From an uncultured delta proteobacterium (GTDB lineage Bacteria; Desulfobacterota; Binatia; UBA9968), in NCBI GenBank assembly GCA_963804165.1, contig CAWDPO010000025.1:110786-174785 (forward strand): a stretch of 64,000 bases of DNA, read 5' to 3'. This document shows positions 1-10,232 of the stretch, piece after piece. The notes under the pieces are model-generated. The model saw nothing but the letters and a program-made list of their open reading frames with translations. It was not told where the DNA came from and ran no database searches. Numbering within the stretch: position 1 is the first letter of the stretch; each line of letters opens with the position of its first letter. The translations under genes were made by a program, and so were the position numbers.

Positions 1-536
1 CGGGAATGATCATCATCCATGAAGGCGATCTCTTTCGGGTGACCGCGGTTCATCATTTGACGCCCGGCAACAAGCGCGGCTTCATGCAGACCAAGATGAA
101 AAACCTGAGGACCGGAATCGGCACGGAATATAAATTCCGCTCCGAAGATCGCGTTGATCAGGCGATTCTGGAAAACCGTCATATGCAGTACCTCTATGCC
201 GAAGGGGATCTGCACACATTTATGGATACAGAGAACTACGAGCAAATTGCATTGCCCGCCCAAGACATCGGGGATCTGTTGTCGTATTTGCTGCCGAACT
301 CCGTCGTCGGCATCGAGTTTCATGACGGAAAACCGGTGGGTATCAATCCGCCATCGACCGTCGATTTGGAAGTTGTCGACACCGAGCCTTCCATGAAAGG
401 CGCTACGGCCAGCGCGTCTTATAAACCGGCAAAGTTGGAGACCGGAGTGACGGTGCAAGTGCCGCCGTTTATTCAGGTGGGTGATAAAGTGCGTATCGAC
501 CCGACTGACGGCTCGTATCAGGAGCGGGTCAAGTAA
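1..536 (+). CDS. efp: Elongation factor P (5' end probably just outside the window)
   Basis: HLTPGNKRG loop, YKPAKLETG and VQVPPFI motifs typical of EF-P. Confidence 0.95.
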   Translation, partial: GMIIIHEGDLFRVTAVHHLTPGNKRGFMQTKMKNLRTGIGTEYKFRSEDRVDQAILENRHMQYLYAEGDLHTFMDTENYEQIALPAQDIGDLLSYLLPNSVVGIEFHDGKPVGINPPSTVDLEVVDTEPSMKGATASASYKPAKLETGVTVQVPPFIQVGDKVRIDPTDGSYQERVK

Positions 537-1125
537 CTTTGATTCTTTCTAATACCGCCTGGACTTGGTTCTCGAGGTCTTCCAGACTACCGTTATTTTC
601 GATCACGTAATCCGCGAGTCGCCGCTTTTCTTCCAAGCTCATTTGCGCATCAATATGTTTCTGAGCTTCTATTGCCCCCAGGCCGTCTCGTTGTTGGAGA
701 CGCCGTCGCTGGGTATCGACGTCGCATGCGACCAAGACAACCGGCCGAAGCCATTCTTGCAAATTGCCCTCGAAGAGAAGCGGTACTTCATAGACGACTA
801 CGGCGCGTCCGGCGCCGGCGTACTCGCGGATTCGTTGCTCCGCGAGCGCGCGGACCCGCGGATGAATGATCGATTCGATTCGTTTCCTCGCTGCGGCGTC
901 ATTGAAGATAAGGGCGCGAAGTTTTTGGCGATCGAGGGTGCGGTCCAACTGCAACACTTCGGCGCCGAACGTGTCGACGATCTCTCTCCAGGCGTCGCAC
1001 CCGGGCTCGACGACTTCACGCGCCAATTCATCCGCGTTGATGATGGCGGCTCCGTGACCCTTGAGAATTTTCGCCACCGTGCTTTTGCCTGAGGCGATGC
1101 CGCCGGTTAAGCCGATTAATTTCAC
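529..1125 (-). CDS. coaE: Dephospho-CoA kinase
   Basis: IGLTGGIASGKST P-loop, IIHPRV, EVPLLFE, ADYVIENNG. Confidence 0.95.
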   Translation of the reverse strand: MKLIGLTGGIASGKSTVAKILKGHGAAIINADELAREVVEPGCDAWREIVDTFGAEVLQLDRTLDRQKLRALIFNDAAARKRIESIIHPRVRALAEQRIREYAGAGRAVVVYEVPLLFEGNLQEWLRPVVLVACDVDTQRRRLQQRDGLGAIEAQKHIDAQMSLEEKRRLADYVIENNGSLEDLENQVQAVLERIKVT

Positions 1126-1212
1126 GCAACACTAATGGCAAAATGGCCGCTGGCTTTCAAGCGAGCCGCAAACGAGGGATAATGTCGTTACGGGATTGGG
1201 GGGCGGAATTCG

Positions 1213-1476
1213 ATGGCCGAGGTCGTTATTTACACGACGAGCTATTGTCCGTATTGCACGGGAGCAAAGTCCCTGATGCGGGCGAAGAATGTCTCCTTTG
1301 AAGAGATCGACGTCACCCGCGATTCGGCGAAAAGAGCGGAGATGGAACGGCGGTCGCAAAGGTGGACGGTGCCGCAGATTTTTATCGATGGCACACCGAT
1401 CGGCGGTTATGATGATGCGCGGCAGTTGGACGCGACCGGCGAGCTTGATCGTTTGCTGGGACGTAGATTGGGCTGA
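1213..1476 (+). CDS. grxC: Glutaredoxin 3
   Basis: CPYC active site, TVPQIFI, GGYDD. Confidence 0.92.
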   Translation: MAEVVIYTTSYCPYCTGAKSLMRAKNVSFEEIDVTRDSAKRAEMERRSQRWTVPQIFIDGTPIGGYDDARQLDATGELDRLLGRRLG

Positions 1477-1526
1477 GATTGGGTTGTGCAGATCACGGGC
1501 GAAACGAGTCGGATGAGGGTTGAAAC

Positions 1527-1602
1527 TGGAGGCGGCGAGCGGATTCGAACCGCTGCATCGAGGTTTTGCAGACCTCTCCCTTAACCACTTGGGTACGCCG
1601 CC
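1527..1602 (-). tRNA. tRNA-Cys (GCA)
   Basis: Reverse complement folds as a cloverleaf: acceptor GGCGGCG/CGCCGCC, anticodon arm GAGGT-CTGCAAA-ACCTC, TTCGAAT T-loop, U73 discriminator and encoded CCA. Confidence 0.97.
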
Positions 1603-1661
1603 CTGGAAAAGATAGGTAGCATGAACCTTCCGCGATTTTCAACAACGGCGTAATTTATTGA

Positions 1662-3050
<1,389 letters not shown>

Positions 3051-3093
3051 CGAGCCGGGAGAACCTGAGATCCGTAGCGAAACGAAGACAGAG

Positions 3094-3606
3094 TTGCATT
3101 CTATCGAAGAGCCACAGGAGGAGAAGATCGCCTGTGGCTCTTTCTCGTCCGGCGACAGTGTGCGATTTCGACCGATGACCACCGCCGACCTAGATGAGGT
3201 AATGGGGATCGAACGGACGTCGTTTCGATTTCCATGGAGTACCGGATTTTTCCTTCAGGAATTGCAGGTCGCCTGTGCGCGTTCAATTCTTGCCGAGATC
3301 GACGGACGAATAGTCGGTTATATTCTCTTCTGGCTATTGCCCGGGGCGGTCGATATCCACAACATCGCGGTACACGTCGACTTTCGTCGTCGCGGCATTG
3401 CGCGCGCGCTTCTGGGCAAGATTGTGACCGAGGCGAGCCGCCAATCAAACCTTCGAGTGATACTTGAGGTTCGAAGATCGAATTTACCGGCTCAAAAGCT
3501 TTACGAGTCGATGGGTTTCTCTACCACAAGTATTCGAAAAGGTTATTATTCAGACGATGGGGAAGACGCGTTGGCGATGTCCTTGGAGTTGGCTTCCAAC
3601 CCCTGA
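3094..3606 (+). CDS. rimI: Ribosomal-protein-alanine N-acetyltransferase (start uncertain)
   Basis: IHNIAV..RRRGIA, LEVRRSN..AQKLY, RKGYY..GEDA. Confidence 0.9.
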   Translation: MHSIEEPQEEKIACGSFSSGDSVRFRPMTTADLDEVMGIERTSFRFPWSTGFFLQELQVACARSILAEIDGRIVGYILFWLLPGAVDIHNIAVHVDFRRRGIARALLGKIVTEASRQSNLRVILEVRRSNLPAQKLYESMGFSTTSIRKGYYSDDGEDALAMSLELASNP

Positions 3607-3709
3607 TTCGCATGCTCCATTTTGGTCCGTCCCGCGGTTCTCATCGAATGTTAATATTTAATATCTAAACTGTTGAAACGTTTATTCTTTTCGTACTCCT
3701 CTCCTGCAC

Positions 3710-3738
3710 TTGACGGCTTCTCTGCGTGTGTGTATAAC
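3710..3738 (+). promoter_or_regulatory. Sigma70-type promoter for carD
   Basis: TTGACG-17 bp-TATAAC. Confidence 0.6.
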
Positions 3739-3987
3739 TTAAATGTTAACTCCACGTGAAATGGCGGTCAGCTCCATCGACCGCTAATTTTTTTCGGTCC
3801 CGAACCGGGACGAAAGAGAGCGGCATGCTAGAGACGTTTTACGCACATCCAAAAAATAGTCTGCCGTTCAGCAAACCCTTCCTCAATCTGTATTTCTCTC
3901 GTAATAGCCAGCTTCACGATTTAGCCAGTCATTGCCGAGGCAAATTCATTCAAAACCGATAAAGTTTCGATTCAGGAGGAGATCCCT

Positions 3988-4470
3988 ATGTTTAAAGTTG
4001 GCGAGAAAGTTGTTTACCCTGCCCATGGGGTAGGAGAGATTGAAGCGATACGTTCCCATGTGATATCGGGCACCGAGAAAAGGTTCTACATGCTCCGAAT
4101 CCTCGAAACCGATATGAAGATAATGATTCCGATAGATCACGTGGAGTCGGTTGGGTTGCGCAAAATCATCGATCGCGCCATGGTGACCAAAGTGTATAAG
4201 GTGCTGCGCCAGAAAAAAATCGAAACAGATCAGCAAACCTGGAACCGGCGATATCGGGAATATACGGAAAAAATCAAAACCGGATCCATACTTGAGATTG
4301 CAAAAGTATTGCGCGATCTGTTTGTCCTGAAAGGCGACAAGGAGCTTTCCTTCGGTGAAAGAAAGATGCTGGATACGGCGCGAAATCTGCTAGTCAAAGA
4401 ATTGTCGATCGCGCGCTCCCATTCCGAGGAGAAGATCATGGAGGAATTGCGCCATATCTTTACCCATTAA
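3988..4470 (+). CDS. carD: CarD/CdnL family RNA polymerase-binding regulator
   Basis: FKVGEKVVYPAHGVG, WNRRYR, LSFGERKMLDTAR; AGGAGG RBS. Confidence 0.93.
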   Translation: MFKVGEKVVYPAHGVGEIEAIRSHVISGTEKRFYMLRILETDMKIMIPIDHVESVGLRKIIDRAMVTKVYKVLRQKKIETDQQTWNRRYREYTEKIKTGSILEIAKVLRDLFVLKGDKELSFGERKMLDTARNLLVKELSIARSHSEEKIMEELRHIFTH

Positions 4471-4497
4471 CGCTGCCTTGATTGACCGCCATTTTTC

Positions 4498-4533
4498 AAG
4501 AGCCGAGAGCCAAGCCCTCGGCTCTTTTGTTTT
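4498..4533 (+). terminator. Intrinsic terminator between carD and ispD
   Basis: AAGAGCCGAG...CTCGGCTCTT stem followed by TTGTTTT. Confidence 0.7.
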
Positions 4534-4539
4534 GACCTG

Positions 4540-5241
4540 ATGAAACACGTTACCGCGATCGTGCTTGCCGCCGGTGAAGGCCGCCGTATCGGGGGTGAAG
4601 TTCCTAAGGCCTACCTATCGATAGCCGGCCGTCCATTGGTGCTCCGAACTTTGGATCGAATGTTCTCGTCACAAGCCGTGAAAAACGTCGTGCTGGTGGT
4701 TGCCGCCGTCGAATTGACGCGCTGTGAAACCATGTTGCGCGCTGATCCGGCGCTGCAAGATCGCGCTTGGCTTCTGCAAGTCGGCGGCGCGACTCGCCAG
4801 CAGTCGGCGAAGCGCGGTTTGGAAAAAGTTAGCTCCGATACCGACATCGTAATCATACACGACGGCGCGCGCCCGTTTGTATCCACTGACCTCATCGATC
4901 GGTGCGTTGAAACCGCGCCAATCAAAGGCGCGGTGGTCCCCGGTCTACCGGCGAGCGATACGATCAAAGTGGTGTCGGATGATCGTTGGATTCGACGTAC
5001 TCCCGAGCGAGGCACCTTGTGGGAGATCCAAACGCCGCAAGTTTTTGAACGGGAGTTGATTGTGGCGGCCCATGAACGAGCTGAAAAAGATCGGGCTGAG
5101 GTTACTGACGATGCGATGGTGGTCGAGCGAATCGGCAAGCCCGTATTCGTTCTCGACGGTGAAAAAACGAACTTCAAGATTACGGTGCCGGAAGATGTGT
5201 GGCTCGCCGAAACTCTAATTCGGGAAGGATGCGTGCCTTAA
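4540..5241 (+). CDS. ispD: 2-C-methyl-D-erythritol 4-phosphate cytidylyltransferase
   Basis: LAAGEGRR, GGATRQQS, IHDGARP, QTPQVF, TDDA, NFKIT. Confidence 0.95.
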   Translation: MKHVTAIVLAAGEGRRIGGEVPKAYLSIAGRPLVLRTLDRMFSSQAVKNVVLVVAAVELTRCETMLRADPALQDRAWLLQVGGATRQQSAKRGLEKVSSDTDIVIIHDGARPFVSTDLIDRCVETAPIKGAVVPGLPASDTIKVVSDDRWIRRTPERGTLWEIQTPQVFERELIVAAHERAEKDRAEVTDDAMVVERIGKPVFVLDGEKTNFKITVPEDVWLAETLIREGCVP

Positions 5242-6050
5242 ATCGCTTTTTTTTGCAGTACGTCGTTGAGACTGCCGCTGCGGAATCCCTGCAGATCGAC
5301 GCTCACGTAATCGAAGCCTACCTCTTTGAATTTATTCACGATGGCGTCTCTGATGGCCTTATCGAAAATCCGGTCGAGCTCGTTCTGTGAAACTTCGATT
5401 CTTGCCAGATCGCCGTGGTAACGCACGCGAAACTCGCGAAAACAAAGTTTCTTCATGAAAACTTCACAGGCACCCACCTGACGCAGCCGTTCGAGGTTGA
5501 TTGCGGTGCCGTAGGGGAAACGCGAGGAGAGGCACGGGCTTGACGGTTTGTCCCACGTCGGCAAATCGAGTTCGCGGCTGTAACGCCGGATATCCTCTTT
5601 AGTCATCTCTGCTTCGACCAAGGGATGGCGCACGCCCCATTCATCCGCGGCTTTGAGTCCCGGTCGATGATCCTGTAAGTCATCTAAATTTGTTCCGTCA
5701 ACGATCGTCTGTATGGCAAGTTTGTCGGCTTCCGCGCGACAGATGCGATACAGTTCATCTTTGCAGAAGAAACAACGGTTGACCGGATTCTGCGCGTACG
5801 ACGGATTTGCCAACTCATGGGACTCAAGGACAATGTGGCGGCATCCCAAGCGACCGGCAAATTCTTTGGCAGCGTCGAGATCCCATGGCGGCGCACTGGG
5901 TGAAGATGCCGTCAATGCCACAACCCCGTCACGAAGCGCCAGATGCGCGGCTTTGAGCAGGAAAGTCGAATCAACGCCGGCAGAAAACGCGACTAACAGC
6001 GATTCCTGTTCGCGAAGGAGCTGCGTCAGGCGTTCGAATTTTGCGTCCAT
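5238..6050 (-). CDS. larE: LarE-family ATP-dependent sulfur transferase
   Basis: PP-loop [48 protein letters not shown]. Confidence 0.9.
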   Translation of the reverse strand: MDAKFERLTQLLREQESLLVAFSAGVDSTFLLKAAHLALRDGVVALTASSPSAPPWDLDAAKEFAGRLGCRHIVLESHELANPSYAQNPVNRCFFCKDELYRICRAEADKLAIQTIVDGTNLDDLQDHRPGLKAADEWGVRHPLVEAEMTKEDIRRYSRELDLPTWDKPSSPCLSSRFPYGTAINLERLRQVGACEVFMKKLCFREFRVRYHGDLARIEVSQNELDRIFDKAIRDAIVNKFKEVGFDYVSVDLQGFRSGSLNDVLQKKAI

Positions 6051-6979
6051 CGTTTGTCGCTAAAGAGATCGGTGCTCAAATAATGCTCACCCTTGTCAGC
6101 AAAAATCGTGACGACGACATGGCCTTTGCCTAAACTCTTTGCCACCTTCAGAGCCGCGCAGCAAGCGGCGCCGGAAGAGATGCCGACCAGCAACCCTTCC
6201 TCAGCCGCCAAGCGTCGCGCATGTTTCGTCGCTTCTTCGTCGCTAACGGTTAAGATCTCGTCGAGAATTTGGCGATTCAAAACCGCTGGTATAAAACCGG
6301 CGCCAATTCCTTGTATCTTGTGAAACCCCGGCTCTCCTCCGGAGATCACCGGCGATGCGCTCGGCTCCACGGCGCAAATTCGCACGCCACTCATTTTCGC
6401 TTTCAGGACTTCCCCGACTCCGGTGATCGTGCCGCCAGTTCCCACGCCCGAGACAAAGGCATCGATACGTTTGAACTGCTTCAATAGCTCAACGGCAGTG
6501 GTTTTGCGGTGCGTTTCCGGGTTCGCCGGATTGTTGAACTGCTGCGGCATGAAGTAGTCGCTATCTTGTTGGAGCAGCTCTTCGGCTTTGTGGATTGCGC
6601 CACCCATTCCTTTCGTGTCGGGGGTTAAGATCAGTCGCGCGCCATAAGCGCAGAGCAGGCTGCGGCGCTCTTCGCTCATGGTGTCGGGCATCGTCAAAAC
6701 CAGCCGATAACCTTTAACCGCTGCGATCAGCGCCAAGCCGATTCCGGTATTTCCACTGGTGGGCTCGACGATGGTCGCTCCCGGCTTGAGTTTTCCTTGG
6801 CGCTCCGCCGTTTCAATCATATTCAGGCAGATGCGATCTTTGACCGAACCGCCCGGGTTGAACGACTCCATTTTGGCCCACACTTCCGCGTCGTTCTTTC
6901 CGGGAAGTGATCTCAGTTTAACCACGGGGGTGGAGCCGATTAGGTCCAGAACGGATCGGGCGCCATTCAAGTTTGCCAC
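6026..6979 (-). CDS. cysK: Cysteine synthase A (start uncertain)
   Basis: [12 protein letters not shown] lysine, [24 protein letters not shown]. Confidence 0.93.
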   Translation of the reverse strand: MANLNGARSVLDLIGSTPVVKLRSLPGKNDAEVWAKMESFNPGGSVKDRICLNMIETAERQGKLKPGATIVEPTSGNTGIGLALIAAVKGYRLVLTMPDTMSEERRSLLCAYGARLILTPDTKGMGGAIHKAEELLQQDSDYFMPQQFNNPANPETHRKTTAVELLKQFKRIDAFVSGVGTGGTITGVGEVLKAKMSGVRICAVEPSASPVISGGEPGFHKIQGIGAGFIPAVLNRQILDEILTVSDEEATKHARRLAAEEGLLVGISSGAACCAALKVAKSLGKGHVVVTIFADKGEHYLSTDLFSDKRWTQNSNA

Positions 6980-7061
6980 AGTCCTGCTCGTCTTTCGTGT
7001 GAGGGGTGTGAAATTAGAATTTCCGTCGCCCAAATGCTATATTTTCAACTCGTTAAAGTCA

Positions 7062-8093
7062 ATGAAATCGTTTCCACAGGAGGCCGCGAAGTCAGCTCAG
7101 CCGCGGATATGTGTGCTGTTTCCGGGGGCGCTCGGTGATTTCGTTTGTTTGCTGCCCGCGCTTCAATCGCTCACCCGTGAAGCGGAAGTGGATCTATTCG
7201 CGCGCGCTGACTTTGCCGACCTTGTCCCCGCGCGAGTTGCGGTTCGGTCGCTCGAGCGCCCCGAAATACGTATGCTTTTTGTCGATGAAGCCATAGAGGA
7301 AGAAGCGCTGCATGATTTCTTCACCGGTTACACAGAGATCTATTCCTGGCTCGGAAGCCGGCAACAACAGTTCGTTCGACGGCTGCAATCGGTGTCACGC
7401 GGCAAAGCAAAAGTATTTCCTTTTCGACCGATAACCGGGAGGATTCACCAGACCGATTACTATTTGCGCTGTCTGAATGACGACACCCCCGAGGGGTGCG
7501 ACCCGGTGATTGCCCTCTGCAAAGAAGGAGTTCGCTGGTGTGACGCTTTCTATACGACGCACGCGCTTCGTCAACGTCCGGTCTTGGCGCTTGCGCCGGG
7601 CAGTGGCGCGCGAGAAAAAAATTGGCCGGAAGAGTTTTTCATTACCATAGCCGAATGGTGGCGCAATACCGTCCAAGGAAATGTTGTCTTGCTCCTCGGA
7701 CCGGTGGAGGAAGAGCGGGACGGTTACGAACGATTGCGAAGCCGGTGTGTGACAGCGAGCGGTTTTCAGTTATTCCAGGTTGCGGCCCTACTGCACCGCA
7801 GCCACGTTTATCTGGGGAACGATAGCGGCGTATCTCACCTTGCCGCAGCCGTGGGCGTTCGCACGGTCGCGCTGTTCGGTCCTTCGGATGTCCGGCAATG
7901 GGCACCGCGCGGGAAAAGGGTAACGATACTCGACCGAAACATCGAGTGTTCTCCCTGCGAGGTCGTGACCATGAAGGCTTGTTCCCATCGAGCTTGTTTA
8001 ACGACATTGTTCCCCGCAGAAGTCATCGACGTTCTGACGCAATTGCCGGAGGTCGTTACCTTGACAAGGACGGGGGCAGGGATTACAGTTTGA
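7062..8093 (+). CDS. Glycosyltransferase family 9 (heptosyltransferase-like)
   Basis: PGALGD, PGSG..KNWP, GNDSGVSHLAAA, LFGPS, C-terminal CSPC..C..C. Confidence 0.85.
   Translation: MKSFPQEAAKSAQPRICVLFPGALGDFVCLLPALQSLTREAEVDLFARADFADLVPARVAVRSLERPEIRMLFVDEAIEEEALHDFFTGYTEIYSWLGSRQQQFVRRLQSVSRGKAKVFPFRPITGRIHQTDYYLRCLNDDTPEGCDPVIALCKEGVRWCDAFYTTHALRQRPVLALAPGSGAREKNWPEEFFITIAEWWRNTVQGNVVLLLGPVEEERDGYERLRSRCVTASGFQLFQVAALLHRSHVYLGNDSGVSHLAAAVGVRTVALFGPSDVRQWAPRGKRVTILDRNIECSPCEVVTMKACSHRACLTTLFPAEVIDVLTQLPEVVTLTRTGAGITV
8061..8089 (+). promoter_or_regulatory. Sigma70-type promoter upstream of the DUF1844-degP leader
   Basis: TTGACA-17 bp-TACAGT. Confidence 0.65.
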
Positions 8094-8201
8094 CTCAAGA
8101 GTATTTCCAAATATCGCGCGACAACACCGATTCAAGACTGAGGCGTGCCCAGATTGTGCCCAAGGTTGGCGCACATTAAGATCCATTCCACGCAGAACGA
8201 C

Positions 8202-8249
8202 GCCTGGGAGTTCAGCGGCAAGCGGGCCGCGCGGTCCCAGGCTTTTTTT
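8202..8249 (+). terminator. Intrinsic terminator or attenuator inside the leader
   Basis: GCCTGGGA...TCCCAGGC followed by T7, 22 nt before the next start codon. Confidence 0.6.
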
Positions 8250-8271
8250 CGCGTGAATTCAGGAGTGAATC

Positions 8272-8703
8272 ATGGCTAGCGACGAAGAGAAACAAGAAAG
8301 CAAGGGATTTACCGTTCAAGATAAGCGGCGGTTCTCGCCCGATACCGGGGAGGCACGAAAAGACGCTCCCGAGGAGAGCAGCACAACGGCCAAGGCTGCC
8401 GAGCCGCACGATCAGGCTACCGAAAATCTGCGGGACACCGAGAATGAGCCGTTACCCGAAATAAATTTTTCCACCTTCGTCATCGGCTTGAGCACGCAGG
8501 CGCTGATGCATTTGGGAGAAATCGACAATCCGATCAGCGGAAAAGTTGAAACTGATGTGTCGGTGGCGAAGCAAATGATCGATATCCTGGGTATGCTCAG
8601 GGACAAAACACGAGGTAATCTCAACGCCAGCGAAGATCGCTTGATGGAGGACATTCTCTTCGATCTTCGCATGAAATACGTCGAAGCGGTCAAGAGGCGA
8701 TAG
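8272..8703 (+). CDS. DUF1844 domain protein
   Basis: FTVQDKRRF, LPEINFSTF..LSTQALMHLG, AKQMIDILGMLRDKTRGNL. Confidence 0.85.
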   Translation: MASDEEKQESKGFTVQDKRRFSPDTGEARKDAPEESSTTAKAAEPHDQATENLRDTENEPLPEINFSTFVIGLSTQALMHLGEIDNPISGKVETDVSVAKQMIDILGMLRDKTRGNLNASEDRLMEDILFDLRMKYVEAVKRR

Positions 8704-8712
8704 GAGTTTTCG

Positions 8713-10209
8713 ATGAAGTTGACAAACATTTGGGGTGGTGGTGTGAGCTTCAAGGGGGGCGTCTTGATCGCTTTGGTGTCCCTCGCGGTTGGGCTTGGTA
8801 TCAGCGGCAGCTTGGATTGGTTGGTACCTAGCCGGGCGGTGAATTTTATGGGCGATGCTGGCACTCCCGAAATGAGGTCGTCCGGCGGTTTGCCTGATTT
8901 CGTAAATCTCGCGAAAAAGATGAAGCCGCTCGTCGTCAACATTTCGACGACACAAATGAGCGAAGCGCGCGGCCCACAACAAGAGTTTGGCGGCCCGTTT
9001 GGCGAGGAGGATCCGTTTAATGATTTCTGGCGGCGCTTTTTTGGCGGGCCGCAGCCGCGCGGTCCGCAGCGCCAGCGCAGCCTGGGTTCCGGTTTTATTA
9101 TCGACAGCGACGGATCTATTTTAACCAATAACCACGTCGTCGAGAATGCCAGCAAGATTGTCGTCAAGTTGTCCGACGACCAAGAATACGAAGCCAAGGT
9201 TGTCGGTCGGGATCAAAAAACCGACATCGCCGTGATCAAGATCAACGCCAGGGGGAATCTTCAGGCTGCGAATTTCGGCGACTCGGACAAACTCGAAGTC
9301 GGTGAATGGGTCGTCGCCATCGGCAACCCATTCGGCCTCGACAGTACGGTGACATCTGGAATCGTCAGCGCGAAAGGCCGGCACATCGGTCAAGGACCGT
9401 ACGACAACTTCATTCAAACGGATGCGTCGATCAATCCGGGCAACTCTGGCGGACCTTTGCTCAATTTACGCGGCGAAGTGATCGGTATGAACACGGCCAT
9501 CTTCAGCCGCACAGGCGGTAATATTGGCATCGGTTTCGCGATTCCTATCAATCTCGTCAAGGAAGTCCTGCCGCAATTGCGCGGTAAAGGTAAAGTCACG
9601 CGCGGCTATCTGGGCGTGTTGATCCAGAAGGTCACTCCGGAAATCGCCGAGAGCCTGGGCATGGAAAAAGGCTACGGCGCGCTGGTCGCCAACGTGTCCA
9701 AGGACGGCCCCGCGGACAAAGCGGGAGTGAAGGTCGGCGACGTCATCATCGAATTCGACGGCAAGGAAGTCAAAGACTCCGGCGACCTGCCGATTATCGT
9801 CGCGCGCACGTCGGTGGATAAGAAGGTCAGGATGAAAGTACTGCGCGACAAGAAAGAAATCGCACTTAGCGTCGCGGTCGGGGAGCTCAAAGACGAAGAA
9901 GTCGTGGCCAGCGCACCGGAGAAAGGCGAATTGGGGCTCACGGTTCAGAGGCTGACGCCGCAAATCGCGGAAAGCTTGGGATTGGAAAAAGCCGAGGGGG
10001 TGGTTGTTGCCGCAGTCGAACCGAGCAGCGCCGGCGACGAAGCGGGGATTCGTCGCGGCGATATCATTCTGGAAGTCGACCGTAAAGCGGTTCGAAACGT
10101 GGACGAGTATAAGAAAGCAGTCGCCGGAGTGCGCAAAGGACGCGGAGTTCTATTTTTGGTGCGGCGCGGCGATAGTACGCTTTTCCTAGCGCTCAAACCG
10201 CAGCGCTAA
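8713..10209 (+). CDS. degP: DegP/DegQ (HtrA) serine protease with two PDZ domains
   Basis: SLGSGFII, TNNHV, DIAVIK, QTDASINPGNSGG, two PDZ-like repeats. Confidence 0.93.
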   Translation: MKLTNIWGGGVSFKGGVLIALVSLAVGLGISGSLDWLVPSRAVNFMGDAGTPEMRSSGGLPDFVNLAKKMKPLVVNISTTQMSEARGPQQEFGGPFGEEDPFNDFWRRFFGGPQPRGPQRQRSLGSGFIIDSDGSILTNNHVVENASKIVVKLSDDQEYEAKVVGRDQKTDIAVIKINARGNLQAANFGDSDKLEVGEWVVAIGNPFGLDSTVTSGIVSAKGRHIGQGPYDNFIQTDASINPGNSGGPLLNLRGEVIGMNTAIFSRTGGNIGIGFAIPINLVKEVLPQLRGKGKVTRGYLGVLIQKVTPEIAESLGMEKGYGALVANVSKDGPADKAGVKVGDVIIEFDGKEVKDSGDLPIIVARTSVDKKVRMKVLRDKKEIALSVAVGELKDEEVVASAPEKGELGLTVQRLTPQIAESLGLEKAEGVVVAAVEPSSAGDEAGIRRGDIILEVDRKAVRNVDEYKKAVAGVRKGRGVLFLVRRGDSTLFLALKPQR

Positions 10210-10232
10210 GCGTCATTAAGATTGCCAATCGC

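Noticed and set aside
1527-1602. tRNA-Cys as an integration site for an island
   Set aside because: Flanked by core genes, with no integrase and no duplicated tRNA 3' end seen in the window
8096-8249. Leader as 6S RNA, SRP RNA or a canonical ZTP riboswitch
   Set aside because: It lacks the long closed 6S rod and the SRP GGAA/AGCAG motif, and only partly resembles the ZTP consensus; kept as an unassigned candidate
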